Shown here: one piece after another, positions 1-12,994 of the stretch
Numbering within the stretch: the stretch's first letter is position 1
How the letters are laid out: every line of letters starts with the position of its first letter
DNA from: Eledone cirrhosa
Lineage: Eukaryota
Direction of reading: 5' to 3'
Assembly (NCBI GenBank): GCA_964016885.1
Contig: OZ024762.1
Span: forward strand, 2,666,001 to 2,730,000
DNA: 64,000 bases
Translations under genes and position numbers: made by a program
The notes under the pieces: model-generated
What the model was told of the DNA's origin: nothing
Databases searched by the model: none
What the model saw: the letters and a program-made list of their open reading frames with translations, nothing else

Positions 1-268
1 TGTGTGATAATACCGGGTCACCGGCCGGGTCACCAGCCGGGTTAGAATTTGGAGAGATTTAACAACGATAAAACTCAACTAAAACAACAAGAGAAACCCC
101 TAACTGACCCCCTAACTAAACGGTTGTTATGCCAGCCCCTACATGGGAGGTCCAGTGGATTGAAGGAGTGGAACAGTGGAAATATTTTGACAGGTTTCAC
201 ACACAGCATAGGAAAAGGTTGTTATTGTCAAAACTTAACTCTTGTAACACAACTCCATACTACCACAT

Positions 269-330
<62 letters not shown>

Positions 331-463
331 ATCTATCCTTGTTTCTCTTTCCTCCATCCCCACCTCTATCTACCTCACTCTGCTTCTCTCTCTCTCTCTC
401 TCTCACTATCTATCTATCCTTGTTTCTCTTTCCTCCATCCCCGCCTCTATCTATCTCACTCTG

Positions 464-497
<34 letters not shown>

Positions 498-637
498 CCC
501 CCCCCCCAATCACACACAAGACCTGTCAAAGATGTATTATTCCAAAGACTGCGACACACTGCTGTTTGTTTGGATTTTCAGCTGTGGAATAGTTTTGGCT
601 TCATTTCACCATTATTGCTTGTGGCTATAATTGATAG

Positions 638-722
<85 letters not shown>

Positions 723-3123
723 TAGATAGATAGATAGAGAGAGAGAAAGGGGGATAAATCTACATGTATATCTATGTCTCTTTCTCTCTCAGTCTGTGAG
801 AGAGAGATCTACACATTTTTGTTCACACACACACACACACATATATACACACAATGTATACATACATATACATACACATACATACATCTGCATAGACATA
901 TCCACCATATATAAATGTATACATATATACACATATATTTCACTTATATATATGTACACATAAATACATACATATATATATATATATATATACATTATAT
1001 ATATATATATATGTGTGTGTGTGTGCGTGCATGTTTGTATAATTATATATTGTAGCCAACAATACCCTAATCACATCGTTTAAGGACCAATTATTCTAAC
1101 AACGTGTAAGTGGAGTGGGGTTACACTAAGTTGTAAGTTTTAACACCCTGTTCCACACGAAGTCACATTCTTGAAAAGTACCAAACAGCAATATGACTGC
1201 ATCACATTAGATAATACTGCAAATTGTGACACAACGATCTGTTCACTGGTAAAGATACTTTAAACATTTTGATTAACAAACCACATGAAAGAGTGCTTAG
1301 CTTGGAGATCACCACCATTACAACCACCATCAGCACTACCATCATCATCAGCACTACCATCATCATCATTACCATCATCATCACTATCATCACCATCAGT
1401 ACCTCCACCATCACCATCACTACCATCATCAGCACTACCATCATCATCATTACCATCATCATCACCATCATCACCATCAGTACCTCCACCATCACCATCA
1501 CTACCATCATCAGCACTACCATCATCATCATTACCATCATCATCACCATCATCACCATCAGTACCTCCACCATCACCATCACTACCACCATCAGCACTAC
1601 CATCATCATCATTACCATCATCATCACCATCAGTACCTCCACCATCACCATCACTACCATCATCAGCACTACCATCATCATCACCATCATCACCACCATC
1701 ACCATCACTACCTCCACCATCTTCATCACTACCATCATCATCACCATCATTACCTCCACCACCATTATCCTCATTACTTCTACCACCATCATCATCATCA
1801 TCGTAATCATGCTCACTAATGAGTAGGCAGCATTACGTGGGGTAGGAGAGTGGGGAGGTCCTTTATCACTAACCCTTACCTACACTTTATCCCCCCCCCT
1901 CCTTAACCTTCAACTACCTCTGCAGTTTTACAAGCTCCCCTCCCTCTCCTGACTCCACCCCATCAACCCCCACCCCACCGACCCCCAGCCCAACGACCCC
2001 CACTCCATCAACCCCCACCCCATCAACCCCCACCCCATCGACCCCCACCCCATCGACCCCCACCCCATCAACCCCCACCCCACCGACCCCTGCTCCTTCA
2101 GTCTTTCACTGCATCTCTAACAGATTCTTTAAAGTTTGGTGAAAGTAAGGAAAGTCTGTGAAGTGTTCCCCCCCCCCACATTTCCCCACCACCACCACCA
2201 CCACTACCAACACCACAACCATCATCACCATCACCACCGCTATCACACCACCATCAATATGACCACCACAACTACTACCACCACCACTGCCACCATCAAT
2301 ACAACCATCACCATCATCACCACCATCACTACCACCACTACCACCATCACCACCACCACCACTACCGCCACCACCACCACCACTACCGCCACCACCACCA
2401 CCACTACCGCCACCATCACCACCACCACTACCACCACCACCACTACCGCCACCATCCCCGCCACCATCACTACTACCACCATCATCACCACCACCACCAC
2501 CACCATCACCACGACCACCACTACCGCCACCACCACTACCATCACCACCACCACCACCACTACCACCACCACCACCACTACCGCCACCACCATCACCACC
2601 ACTACCGCCACCATCCCCGCCACCATCACTACTACCAACATTTCCACCCACCCACCACCACCACCCAAATTTCTGGGATGTTTGAGTAGAACTGAGGGAT
2701 TGCCAAATAGGTGTGGTGTGTGTGTGTGTGTAAGAATGTATGTGTGTGTGTGGGGGGTGGGGGTGTGTGTGTGGGGGGTGGGTGGGGTGTATTAATTGTT
2801 CAGAGCTGAACAGAAGCACTTCCGTGACCAGACAGACACAGCATGTGTGTGTGTGTGTGTGTGCATGTTTATTTGTGTGTGTGTGTGTGTGTGCATGTTT
2901 ATTTATGTGTGTGTGTGTATGTGTGCATGTTTATTTATATGTGTGTGTGCATGTTTATTTATGTGTTTGTGTGTGTGTGCATGTTTATTTATATGTGTGT
3001 GTGCATGTTTATTTATGTGTTTGTGTGTGTGTGTGTGCATGTTTATTTATGTGTTTGTGTGTGGGGGGGGGGCTGAACAAAAAAATGTGGTTGTGAAACA
3101 AATTTCTTAACCACATAATCGTG

Positions 3124-3410
3124 CACCCAGTACACTCTGTAAAGTAATAGTGCTAGTACCATGATAAAATACACCCAGTACACTCTGTAGAGTAATGGTG
3201 TTAGTACCATGATAAAATACACCCAGTACACTCTGGAAAGTAATAGTGTTAGTACCATGATAAAATACACCCAGTACACTCTGTAAAGTAATAGTGCTGG
3301 TGTCACAATTAAATACACCCACTACTCTCTGCAATGTGGTAATCCTGGTGTCACAATAAAATGCACCAAGTACACTCTGTAAAGAGGTAATGCTGGTGCC
3401 ATGATAAAAT
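3124..3410. repeat. 48-bp minisatellite, ~6 copies
   Basis: CACCCAGTACACTCTGTAAAG.. at 3124, 3172, 3220 and onward. Confidence 0.9.
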
Positions 3411-3552
3411 GATATATTTGTGTGTGTCTGTGTGTATATAATGATTCATACACTGTTCCTGACATTTGTACATTATTCTATGTACTATACATGCACCTTT
3501 GATGATTTCCTGTGCACCTGAGCACTGTACACAATAATCTTCATTCACTTTC

Positions 3553-3612
<60 letters not shown>

Positions 3613-3819
3613 AGATTCTTTGATTACCTGTACAGGCAATATTTATTAGAATGCACAGCCTTTGTGTATAGATCTTTGGGGGACACACTCTCTCTCTATA
3701 TATGCACTATACAAGCACCTTATTCTATGTACTATACATCCTTACGGGGTCGATAAAATAAAGTACCAGTAATACATTGCTGGCCTTGTACCAAAAGTAG
3801 AAACAATTATTATTATAGG

Positions 3820-3991
3820 GGAATTTATTTATTTTGTTATATTTATACATAGTTTATTTTATATTTGTATATCTTCATTGTTAAATTAGTCTTGCCATTG
3901 TGCACTTTTACTCGACCTTATTGTAAACCCCCACTGTCCCTGTCGTTGTATTGTCCCCTGCATGTTGCCCCTTGTGGCCAATAAATGAAAG

Positions 3992-3992
<1 letters not shown>
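3820..3992 (+). mobile_element. 3' UTR remnant of a related Tx1/L1 element
   Basis: TGTAAACCCCC..TGTATTGTCCCCT..CCCTTGTGGCCAATAAA resembles the 3' ends at 38170-38235 and 56160-56220; followed by (ATT)n. Confidence 0.55.
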
Positions 3993-4031
<39 letters not shown>

Positions 4032-4330
4032 GTTCTTTGAGTGTCAGTCATTGATGTTGGTTAACTGGAAAGTTTGTTGAAATGAATATCAAGCCACTAC
4101 CTGCAGCCTCAGATATTCAGGACGTATCGGAGGGTTCTTGCTGTTCCCAGCAAGCATGCCTTTTGAAGTGTTCCAAAAAGCGGAGCGGGGCCAATTTTCA
4201 TTAACCATCCCTGGAAACTTTTTGAGGTAGTACCTAGTGCGCCTATGACAATCGGGACCACTTTGACTTCATGGCAGTTCTAAATCCTTTTTACCTCCCA
4301 CTTTAAGTCCTGGTACCGGTTAATTTTCTC

Positions 4331-4333
<3 letters not shown>
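4032..4333 (-). mobile_element. R4/Dong-like (restriction-like endonuclease) LINE 3' fragment in (TAA)n
   Basis: Minus strand translates EKINRYQDLKWEVKRI*NCHEVKVVPIVIGALGT...LQKACLLGTARTLRYVL*; (ATT)n on both sides. Confidence 0.8.
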
Positions 4334-4367
<34 letters not shown>

Positions 4368-4539
4368 GTTATAATTATTTTATGATTCTAAAATTATTCC
4401 TGAATATTATGTCACATTAAGACAAACAAATAAATGAGAAGGATTTCATTTTAAAATGTCTTCATTTCTTTTACAGTTTTGTGTCTGGAGAATGTTTGAA
4501 AACCGGTAAAATATTTCTCTTGGAATATATAATGGTGGA

Positions 4540-4845
4540 ATGGCCCTGAAACCTGTATTACGCAACAAAGTAGACGAACTTTTTCTACATTGGTTGTCAG
4601 AGCCCGACACCCAACAGTTGCTCCGTCAGAATCTTCTGCAGATTGCTAAGGGGGACATTATCCCCCAGTTGTTGCCGGTGCTCGGTGTTGAGAGCTCCCC
4701 CAGGGGCATCCGAACCACACCTCGAATCTGTCCAGGGTCGCCACCATGTTCTCCAGTCATTGGGAAGGTGTCCAGTCCTCGGAGTCCACGTCGGACATAT
4801 CTAAGTAAATCTGTCAGCACATCGACCACATCCGCCCATGTTTGG
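4540..4845 (+). CDS. PPP2R3B: PP2A regulatory subunit B'' (PR70/PR72 family), first coding exon
   Basis: MALKPVLRNKVDELFLHWLSEPDTQQLL resembles the PR70/PPP2R3B N-terminus (LQPVLKMKVDELFLYWLSE). In-frame stop at 4507-4509 upstream of the ATG, acceptor TTTCTTTTACAG ending at 4476, donor TGG|GTAAGT at 4846, phase 0 (102 codons). A versus B paralog assignment is not resolvable in an invertebrate. Confidence 0.92.
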
Positions 4846-5446
4846 GTAAGTCACAACATCTAAATCTATGCTGCTGCTGTTGTTGTTGTTGTCGTTGTTG
4901 TTGTTGGTGGTGGTGGTGGTGGTGGTGGAGGGTAAGGGTATATTTACAGGACAAGGGAACTTGTATCAGACACGAGGTACTTGTGTATATATATATATAT
5001 ATATAGGGTGTCCCCCAAAAATATATACACACTTAAACAACGTTCTAATCAAAGTGTGTATACATTTGTTAGCAACACCCTACACACACACATATATATA
5101 TAATCACGAGAAAATGTACACAGTTTCATAAGACAGACATACAGCTGCTACCCAGTTGTCGGTTCTTTAGTTTGTGTCATCTCCATCATAACCACGCCCC
5201 ATGCTGGAGCTATGCCTTCTTGAAATTTTATTTATGAAATTTCCTGATAAATCAAGTCTCCAGAACTGAGAGTGTGTGTGTCAATGAAAGAGAGGGAGAT
5301 AGTAGCTGTTATATCATGTCTTATCTGGGTTACCATTGCTATCAATACACAGACATTCATGGGTCAGTAACTTTGACTACTTGTCACCAATACTGGGTTA
5401 TATAGATATATATATAGATATATAGATATATAGATATAGATATAGA

Positions 5447-5836
5447 GAAGCACATGGCTTAGTGGTTAGAGCATTGGCCTTGCAATCGAAAGGTTGTAAG
5501 TTCAATTCTCGGACCGGGTGATGTGTTGTTTCCTTGAGTAAGACACTTTATTTCACATTGCTCCAGTTAACTCAGCTGTAGAAATGAGATGATAGGGACT
5601 GGGGTCCCTATCATTCCACTGCAAAGTGGTCGTGGAGGTACTACGAAAAAAAAAAGCACCCAGCACTCTGTAAATGAGGTTGGTGTTAGGAAGGGCATCC
5701 AGCTGTAGAAACCAAGCCAGAATCAATTCCCGTATGAGCAAGACAAGGTCAGCCGACCGGACACTGCCCGCAACAGGACCACCCGTCAAACCCACGCTAA
5801 CGTGGAAGAATGGACGTAAAATGGTGATGATGATGA
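5447..5836 (+). mobile_element. tRNA-derived SINE family A with RTE-like (GAT)n tail
   Basis: A box TGGCTTAGTGG, B box GTTCAATTC, core TCCTTGAGTAAGACACTTTATTTCACATTGCTCCAG; closely similar copy at 29895-30200. Confidence 0.85.
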
Positions 5837-6446
5837 TATATATAGAGTGTCCCCCAAAGATCTATACACAAAGGCTGTGCATTCTAATAAATATTGCCTG
5901 TACAGGTAATCAAAGAATCTATACATTTTTTGGGACACTCTATAAATATATATATATATATGTGTGTGTGTGTTTATGTATGTGTGTGTGTGTGTGTTTA
6001 TGTATGTTGGCTGCATCTCAATGCCTCACAGTCTAGGCCTACCCCACACCACCACCACCAACAGCCTGACCTGTTCCGTCACATTCTCTCTCTCTCTCTC
6101 TCCTATATATATATGTGTATGTCTGTGTCTATGTATATATATATATGTGTGTGTGTATGAGGGGCTTCGACAATTTCTCAAAAGACGGGGTGGCCATGTG
6201 TAGAATGTCATACATTATTCGCCCGATGAATTAATACAGATTCATAGTAGAATTCCAAGGGAGGTAACTTTTGTCACTATCGGAATTACCTCCCTTTTAA
6301 CACTACTTTTTAAAAATTTCTCTCTGTACAATATCGCAAACAAGAAATATAAGATATTTTTAACCCCGAAAATTTCATGTGAAAATATGCCTGCGTCTTA
6401 TACACCGGAGACCTGAATATAATAATAATAATAATAATAATATTAA

Positions 6447-6965
6447 TAAGAGGCGAGAACGTAACAATCCTCTGGGATTTCCCTGTGAATACTGACAACA
6501 ATGAAGGCCGGCAGACCTGATATAATTGTGAAGGACCATAAAGAGAAATCATGTTTCTTAATTGACATGAGGATCTCATCAGATTGTAACATCTCGAAAG
6601 AGTTCAGAAAGCTCAGTAAAGTATAAAGATCTATCAATTGATATTGAACAAAATATGGCTTCTTAAAACCTGTACAATACCAGTGTAGTCAGTGCAGGGA
6701 ACTGAAAAATATTTTGACCAGATACCTGAAAAGCCATCTCTGCAAGAGATACAGAAAATACTGCTGACTGGTACTGCTCATGTCCTAAGAAGGACATTAT
6801 CAATTTAAAAGACTTGCAAAGTTATTTACTCTTGTTTGTGCCCTTATGACATCATCTATATGACAATTGATTGTAAAATGTGGATATTATCAAATTTTGC
6901 CTCCCCAGGTGTCAGGTTGACACTTGACATGATTTGGGAAAGAAGCAGAACTCAAAGGAAGTTTT
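6447..6965 (+). mobile_element. R4/Dong-like LINE 3' fragment, degenerate
   Basis: VTILWDFPVNTD..RPDIIVKDHKEKSCFLIDM..K..KYKDL motifs with frameshifts; (TAA)n on both sides. Confidence 0.78.
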
Positions 6966-7189
6966 AAATAATAGTAATAATAATAATAATGGTTTTCTAG
7001 TATAGGCACAGGGCCAGTAATTAGGGGGGAGGGGAAAATCGATTAAATCGATCCCAACACGTTACTGGTTCTTTATTTTACGATCCTGTAAGGATGAAAG
7101 GCAAAGTTAATCTCGGTCGGATTTGAACTCAAACCAAAAAGGACCATGACTCTATGCTGCAAAGCATGGTGTCCGACCCTCTACTGACT

Positions 7190-7430
7190 GGACATTGTCA
7201 TGTTGAACAAGAAAGACAAATACTGTCAGGTCATCCATGTGGCCATACCAAATGATCGGATATTGTGAATAAGGAGATTGAAAAAATCTCCAAGTACTCC
7301 GAGTTGAAAGTGGAGTTGGTAAGACTATTTAGAATATAAGAGGGTAATGTGAAAGTGATACCAGTTGTGATTAGGGGTAAATTAGCGTCTATCCTATTGA
7401 AACTTCAAGACTTCTTAAAGCAACTGTATT
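7190..7430 (+). mobile_element. R4/Dong-like LINE fragment
   Basis: DIVMLNKKDKYCQVIHVAIPND..EKISKYSELKVEL..VKVIPVVI. Confidence 0.65.
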
Positions 7431-7866
7431 TACCAAAAAAAATAAACGAAAGAAAAAGATGAAAAGGAGTGGAGGGGTAGAGAAAGTTGAAATTGAATTA
7501 TAAATAGGAGGAGGGTGTCAGGGTGAATGCTACACCCTTGACTGGGTGCTACACCCTTGACTGGGTGCTACACTGGAGTGCTGCTAAAACGAAACATATA
7601 ACTATTTATATTACTCTGTCTCTCTATTTATAGTGTCTGTCTATCAGTCATTCTGCTAGTCTGTCTTTTTGTCTGTCTGTGTATCTGAGACAACTGACAA
7701 AATTATACTTACATTACTCTCTCTCTACACACACACATATTTATTATACACACACACATGCTCACTCTCTCTTTCTCTCTACACACACACATATTTATTA
7801 TACATACATACAGGTCCAACCAAAGTAAGCATGGAAAAGTGGATGTAAAAAACGATGGTGATGATA

Positions 7867-7897
<31 letters not shown>

Positions 7898-7902
<5 letters not shown>

Positions 7903-8255
7903 TCATCATCATTTTACGTCCTCTTTTCCCTGCTTGCAAGGGTTGGACGGGTCCTATTCAGCACAGCATCTCTCCACTTGTCACGGTCCTTCGTCATCTC
8001 CTCGGTGAGTTTCAGCTATCTGAGGTCTGCTCTCACCACCTCCGCCCATGTTTTTCGTGGTCTACCTCTTCTGCTTCTTCCTTCTACTGGTATTTCTTGG
8101 CACTTCTTCACCCATCGGTCATCCTCCATGCGCATCACATGTCTATACCACCTCAGCCTTCTCTCCTGCACACCACAACTTATCCCTTATACCCAGTTTC
8201 TTTCTCAACTCCTCCATGCTTCGTCGTTCACACACATTGACATTGCACAGCCAAC
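7898..8255 (-). mobile_element. RTE-clade LINE 3' fragment with (GAT)n tail
   Basis: [23 protein letters not shown], then RLRWY.HV.RM and RGRPRKTW in a shifted frame; ends GGACGTAAAATGATGATG. Confidence 0.8.
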
Positions 8256-8278
8256 GGATGTTTACATATATACAATTG

Positions 8279-8314
<36 letters not shown>

Positions 8315-8350
8315 TATATATATATGTGAGTGTGTGTGTGTATATATATG

Positions 8351-8382
<32 letters not shown>

Positions 8383-9260
8383 TACATATATTTATATATG
8401 TATATATATATATGTGTATGTGTGTGTGTATATATGTATATATATATCTATCTATAAATATCAATCTATCTATCTATATATATACACACACACATACATA
8501 TATATATATATGTATATATATATATGTGTATGTGTGTGTGTATATATGTATATATCTATAAATATCTATCTATCTATATATATATATATATATATGTGTA
8601 TGTGTGTGTGTGTATATATGTATATATATATCTATCTATAAATATCAATCTATCTATCTATATATATACACACACACATACATATATATATATATGTATA
8701 TATATATATGTGTATGTGTGTGTGTATATATGTATATATCTATAAATATCTATCTATATATATATATATATATATATATGTGTATGTGTGTGTGTGTATA
8801 TATGTATATATATATCTATCTATAAATATCTATCTATTTATGTATATATATACACACACACATACATATATATATATATGTATATATATATATGTGTATG
8901 TGTGTGTATATATATGTATATATCTATCTATCTATAAATATCAATCTATCTATCTATTTATATATATACACATACATATATATATGTATATATATATCTA
9001 TCTATCTGTATATATATAAAACAAGCGAAAGTTTATGTGAAGGAGATTTGGCAGTAAAATAAGTTTGTTGAAACATTCTCTTTCAATTAATGCCACAAAA
9101 ACTGACATAAAATGGTGGTGGTGGTGGGGAGGGGTGGTGGTGGTGGTGATGGTAGTAGTGGTGGCGGTGGTGGTGGTGGTAATGATGCTGGTGATGATTG
9201 TGATGATACTGATGAAGGTGATGGTGAAGGTTGTGATGATGAAGATGGTGATGGTTCTAG

Positions 9261-9292
<32 letters not shown>

Positions 9293-9410
9293 GTTGTAGT
9301 GATGATGATGATGATGATGATGTAGTTCTGAGGGAGTTTTAGCTGTCAGGTGTACTTTAAGGTAAATTATATTTTCAGGAGTAATAAAAAAAAAAATTAA
9401 TAATAAGAAT

Positions 9411-9470
9411 ATGAAAGATAAAGTGGTTGGCTATCATTTTACCTGTTGCCACCTGTACATTAATGAGCAG
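9411..9470 (+). CDS. Candidate short alternative first coding exon MKDKVVGYHFTCCHLYINEQ
   Basis: ATG plus 19 codons, then strong donor CAG|GTAAGC in phase 0; weak acceptor ATTTTCAG at 9378. No homology support. Confidence 0.3.
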
Positions 9471-10341
9471 GTAAGCTGTGTAAGTACAGGTGCACCTGTA
9501 AATAAGGTTTTAGACTTAGCACCATCCATCAGCAGCAGCACCACCATCAGTACCACCAATTCCATCATCATCAGCTCTGCACCATCATCACCATCACTAT
9601 TACTACCACCACCACCACCACCACCTACGCCATCAATGCCACCACCACCACCACTACACCACCACCACCACTACCACTACACCACCACTACACCACCACC
9701 ACCACCACCACCACCACCACCACCACCACTACACCACCACCACCACCACCACCACCACCACCATTCTAACAGACTTTGCTGCTAAACTATTTTTTTTGTT
9801 CTTTATTGTTGTTGTTGTTGTTTGTGTTTCTTCTTTCTCTGCATCTGATCTATGTGTGTGTGTGTGTGTGTGTTTATAGTGAGTGTCTGTGTGTGTGTGT
9901 TTATGGTGAGTGTCAGTGTGTGTGTGTGTTTATGGTGAGTGTCAGTGTGTGTGTGTATGTTTATGGTGAGTGTCAGTGTGTGTATGTGTGTTTATGGTGA
10001 GTGTCTGTGTGTGTGTTTATGGTGAGTGTCAGTGAGTGAATATCTGTGTGTGTGAGTATGAATATATATCCTTCACTCTCTCTCTCCCTGTCTTATCTCT
10101 CTCTCTCTCTCTCTCTCCCTCTCTCTCTCATGCTCTACACATGCATATAGCCATACATATACACACACACACATGCTCACCCATATATTTTTGTGCATGT
10201 GATGTGTATATCTATCACTTATACATCCATGCATCTATGTGTGTATACAAACATTGTATACAATATATGCATACACTCAACACATATATATACACACACA
10301 TATATATATACACACACATATGTATATATATATATATATAT

Positions 10342-10372
<31 letters not shown>

Positions 10373-10379
10373 CACACAC

Positions 10380-10509
<130 letters not shown>

Positions 10510-10643
10510 GTATGTATGTATGTAGAGAGTAAAGTCAAAGACAGGATCACACTTCCTCCCACCTCTTTCCCTTCTCCAGCCCCACACCCTACCTTCGGTA
10601 CTGACCTACCTTAATCCCTGCTCTATGACAGGTATCTACTCCA

Positions 10644-11685
10644 GGTGTGGTATGGTGTGGTGTGGTGGTGTGTGGTGTGGTGTGATGTAGTGTGGTGTAG
10701 TGTGGTGTTATGTGGTGTGGTGTAGTGTGGTGTAGTGTGGTGTTGTGTGATGTGGTGTGGTGTGGTGTGGTGTGGTGTGGTGTGATGTAGTGTGGTGTAG
10801 TATGGTGTGGTGTGGTGTTGTGTGATGTGGTGTGGTGTGGTGTAGTGTGGTGTGGTGTTGTGTGATATGGTGTGGTGTGGTGTGGTGTGGTGTGGTGTGG
10901 TGGTGTGTGGTGTTGTGTGATATGATGTGGTGTGGTGTTGTGTGATATGGTGTGGTGGTGTGTGGTGTGGTGTTGTGTGATATGGTGTGGTGTGGTGTAG
11001 TGTGGTGTGGTGTAGTGTGGTGTGGTGTTGTGTGATATGATGTGGTGTGGTGTTGTGTGATATGGTGTGGTGGTGTGTGGTGTGGTGTTGTGTGATATGG
11101 TGTGGTGTGGTGTTGTGTGATATGATGTGGTGTAGTGTGGTGTGGTGTGGTGGTGTGTGGTGTGGTGTTGTGTGATATGGTGTGGTGTGGTGTAGTGTGG
11201 TGTGGTGTTGTGTGATATGATGTGGTGTGGTGTTGTGTGATATGATGTGGTGTGGTGTTGTGTGATATGGTGTGGTGTAGTGTGGTGTGGTGTGGTGTTG
11301 TGTGATATGGTGTGGTGTGGTGGTGTGTGGTGGTGTGTGGTGGTGTGTGGTGTGGTGTTGTGTGATATGATGTGGTGTGGTGTTGTGTGATATGGTGTGG
11401 TGGTGTGTGGTGTGGTGTTGTGTGATATGGTGTGGTGTGGTGTTGTGTGATATGATGTGGTGTAGTGTGGTGTGGTGTGGTGGTGTGTGGTGTGGTGTTG
11501 TGTGATATGGTGTGGTGTGGTGTAGTGTGGTGTGGTGTTGTGTGATATGATGTGATATGGTGTGGTGTGGTGTAGTGTGGTGTGGTGTTGTGTGATATGG
11601 TGTGGTGTAGTGTGGTGTGGTGTGGTGTTGTGTGATATGGTGTGGTGTGGTGGTGTGTGGTGGTGTGTGGTGTGATATGATGTGC
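10644..11685. repeat. (GTGTG)n-based pentamer satellite with higher-order variants
   Basis: ~1 kb of GTGTG/GTGTA/GTGTT/GTGATAT units. Confidence 0.95.
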
Positions 11686-12166
11686 TGTACACCTTGTAAA
11701 AAGTACAATTGCTTTAGCTGTTGCTAGTTGGAACTTTCTACAATGTTTTCTGAGGCAATTGTTGTTGTTGCAGTTGGTGTTATTTCTGTGGCAGTTGTTG
11801 TTATATTTGTTATTGTTGTAGGAGGTAAGTTACAAATTACAACAGCAGCAACAACAACAGCAACACACACACCGACCAACAAACCAACAAAAACACAATA
11901 GCAAACACAAAGACACACAGACAGACAGACAGACTGACTGACGGACAGACAGATAGAATAACGCTAAGTTTTTATTATTGTTAATGTTGTTATTATTATT
12001 TTTTTGTTTGTATTATTTTATTTTGTTGTGTATGTGAAGAAGCAGTCTTTGTTTAGTTTACCGATGATGGAGAGGAACCGAGCTGGGTTAGAACCTGTGA
12101 CCTAATGTTACATAGTTTCTGGTCACTCCTTGCTCCTGATAATAACAATAACAATAATGGCTTAGA

Positions 12167-12196
12167 ATGAGAAGTTGCTGTTTTTTTAGCCATCAA
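12167..12196 (+). CDS. Candidate short alternative first coding exon MRSCCFFSHQ
   Basis: ATG plus 9 codons, then CAA|GTGAGT in phase 0, inside a ~500 bp largely unique stretch. No homology support. Confidence 0.25.
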
Positions 12197-12290
12197 GTGA
12201 GTCTTACCATGTTACCTCTGTCTGTTTCTTTTGGCCTTTTTCTTTCTACCCCCCTGTGTGTGAGTGTGAATGTATATATATATATATATA

Positions 12291-12527
12291 TTTAATTACA
12301 TAATAAACAACAGAATGTAATTATTCCATTACCAAAAGTTTCAGGAAACTAGACGATCCTAACAGAAATGTTGAGCTGGACGTTTCTGTAAGGATTGTCT
12401 AGTCTCCTGAAACCTTTAGTAATGGAATAATTATATTGTGTTGTTTTTCATGTAATTAAATAGCTCTGTATTATACATAGAGCACTCTTATTTCTTTTAC
12501 CTTTTCTATGGAAATAATTAACACCTA
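12291..12527 (+). mobile_element. Fold-back element, family 2 (hammerhead 3' half)
   Basis: Imperfect ~80-bp arms 12291-12371/12380-12460; GAAAC-CTTTA-GTA-ATGGAAT; tail TAGCTCTG..TAGAGCACTCTT..CTTTTAC..GGAAA shared with 16239-16510. Confidence 0.72.
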
Positions 12528-12529
12528 AA

Positions 12530-12557
<28 letters not shown>

Positions 12558-12560
<3 letters not shown>

Positions 12561-12752
12561 GGAACGAGTAGGACCCCGACGGCTGAGCTCAAGCCATTTC
12601 GACAGCTAATTCTGGACAGAATTAGCCGTCGAAACGGCTTGAGCTCAGCCGTCGGGGTCCTACTCGTTCCTATTACCCACTCTACTACCCTAAGTATTGA
12701 GTACTTTGGTGCGTTATGGTCCACCTGGTTCCTTACCACATTTCCTTTGTTA
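12558..12752 (+). mobile_element. Fold-back (palindrome plus tail) element, family 1, containing a hammerhead 3' half
   Basis: Inverted arms 12558-12614/12617-12673, then a ~79 nt tail; flanked by (TA)n. Contains GAAAC-GGCT..AGCC-GTC. Near-identical copy at 45516-45712. Confidence 0.8.
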
Positions 12753-12755
12753 TAT

Positions 12756-12788
<33 letters not shown>

Positions 12789-12824
12789 GTGTGTGTGCAC
12801 ATACATATATACATAAAAAATGCA

Positions 12825-12868
<44 letters not shown>

Positions 12869-12994
12869 AACACATATATGTGTATATAGCTGTGTAGCTT
12901 AGTGAGTGTGTGCATGTGTATCGGTGTGAATATATATGTACATATGTGTGTTCATGCATATACATACACACATATATATATGCATGTGTAAGTG

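Noticed and set aside
5447-5520. tRNA gene-like A/B boxes
   Set aside because: No complete cloverleaf; the sequence continues into a repeated SINE body.
6257-6296. Hairpin AAGGGAGGTAA...TTACCTCCCTT, possibly a Helitron/Helentron-type terminus
   Set aside because: Single occurrence with no other terminus identified.
11743-11830. Hydrophobic ORF MFSEAIVVVAVGVISVAVVVIFVIVVG ending at a perfect GAG|GTAAGT donor
   Set aside because: Phase 1 is incompatible with exon 2, and the valine run derives from (GTT)n. It could still be a non-coding exon, but this is unsupported.
12518-12739. Near-identical ORFs [21 protein letters not shown] at 12518(-) and 45528(+)
   Set aside because: Non-ATG starts, antisense to the element, and run into (TA)n; explained by the repeated fold-back element rather than by a protein.
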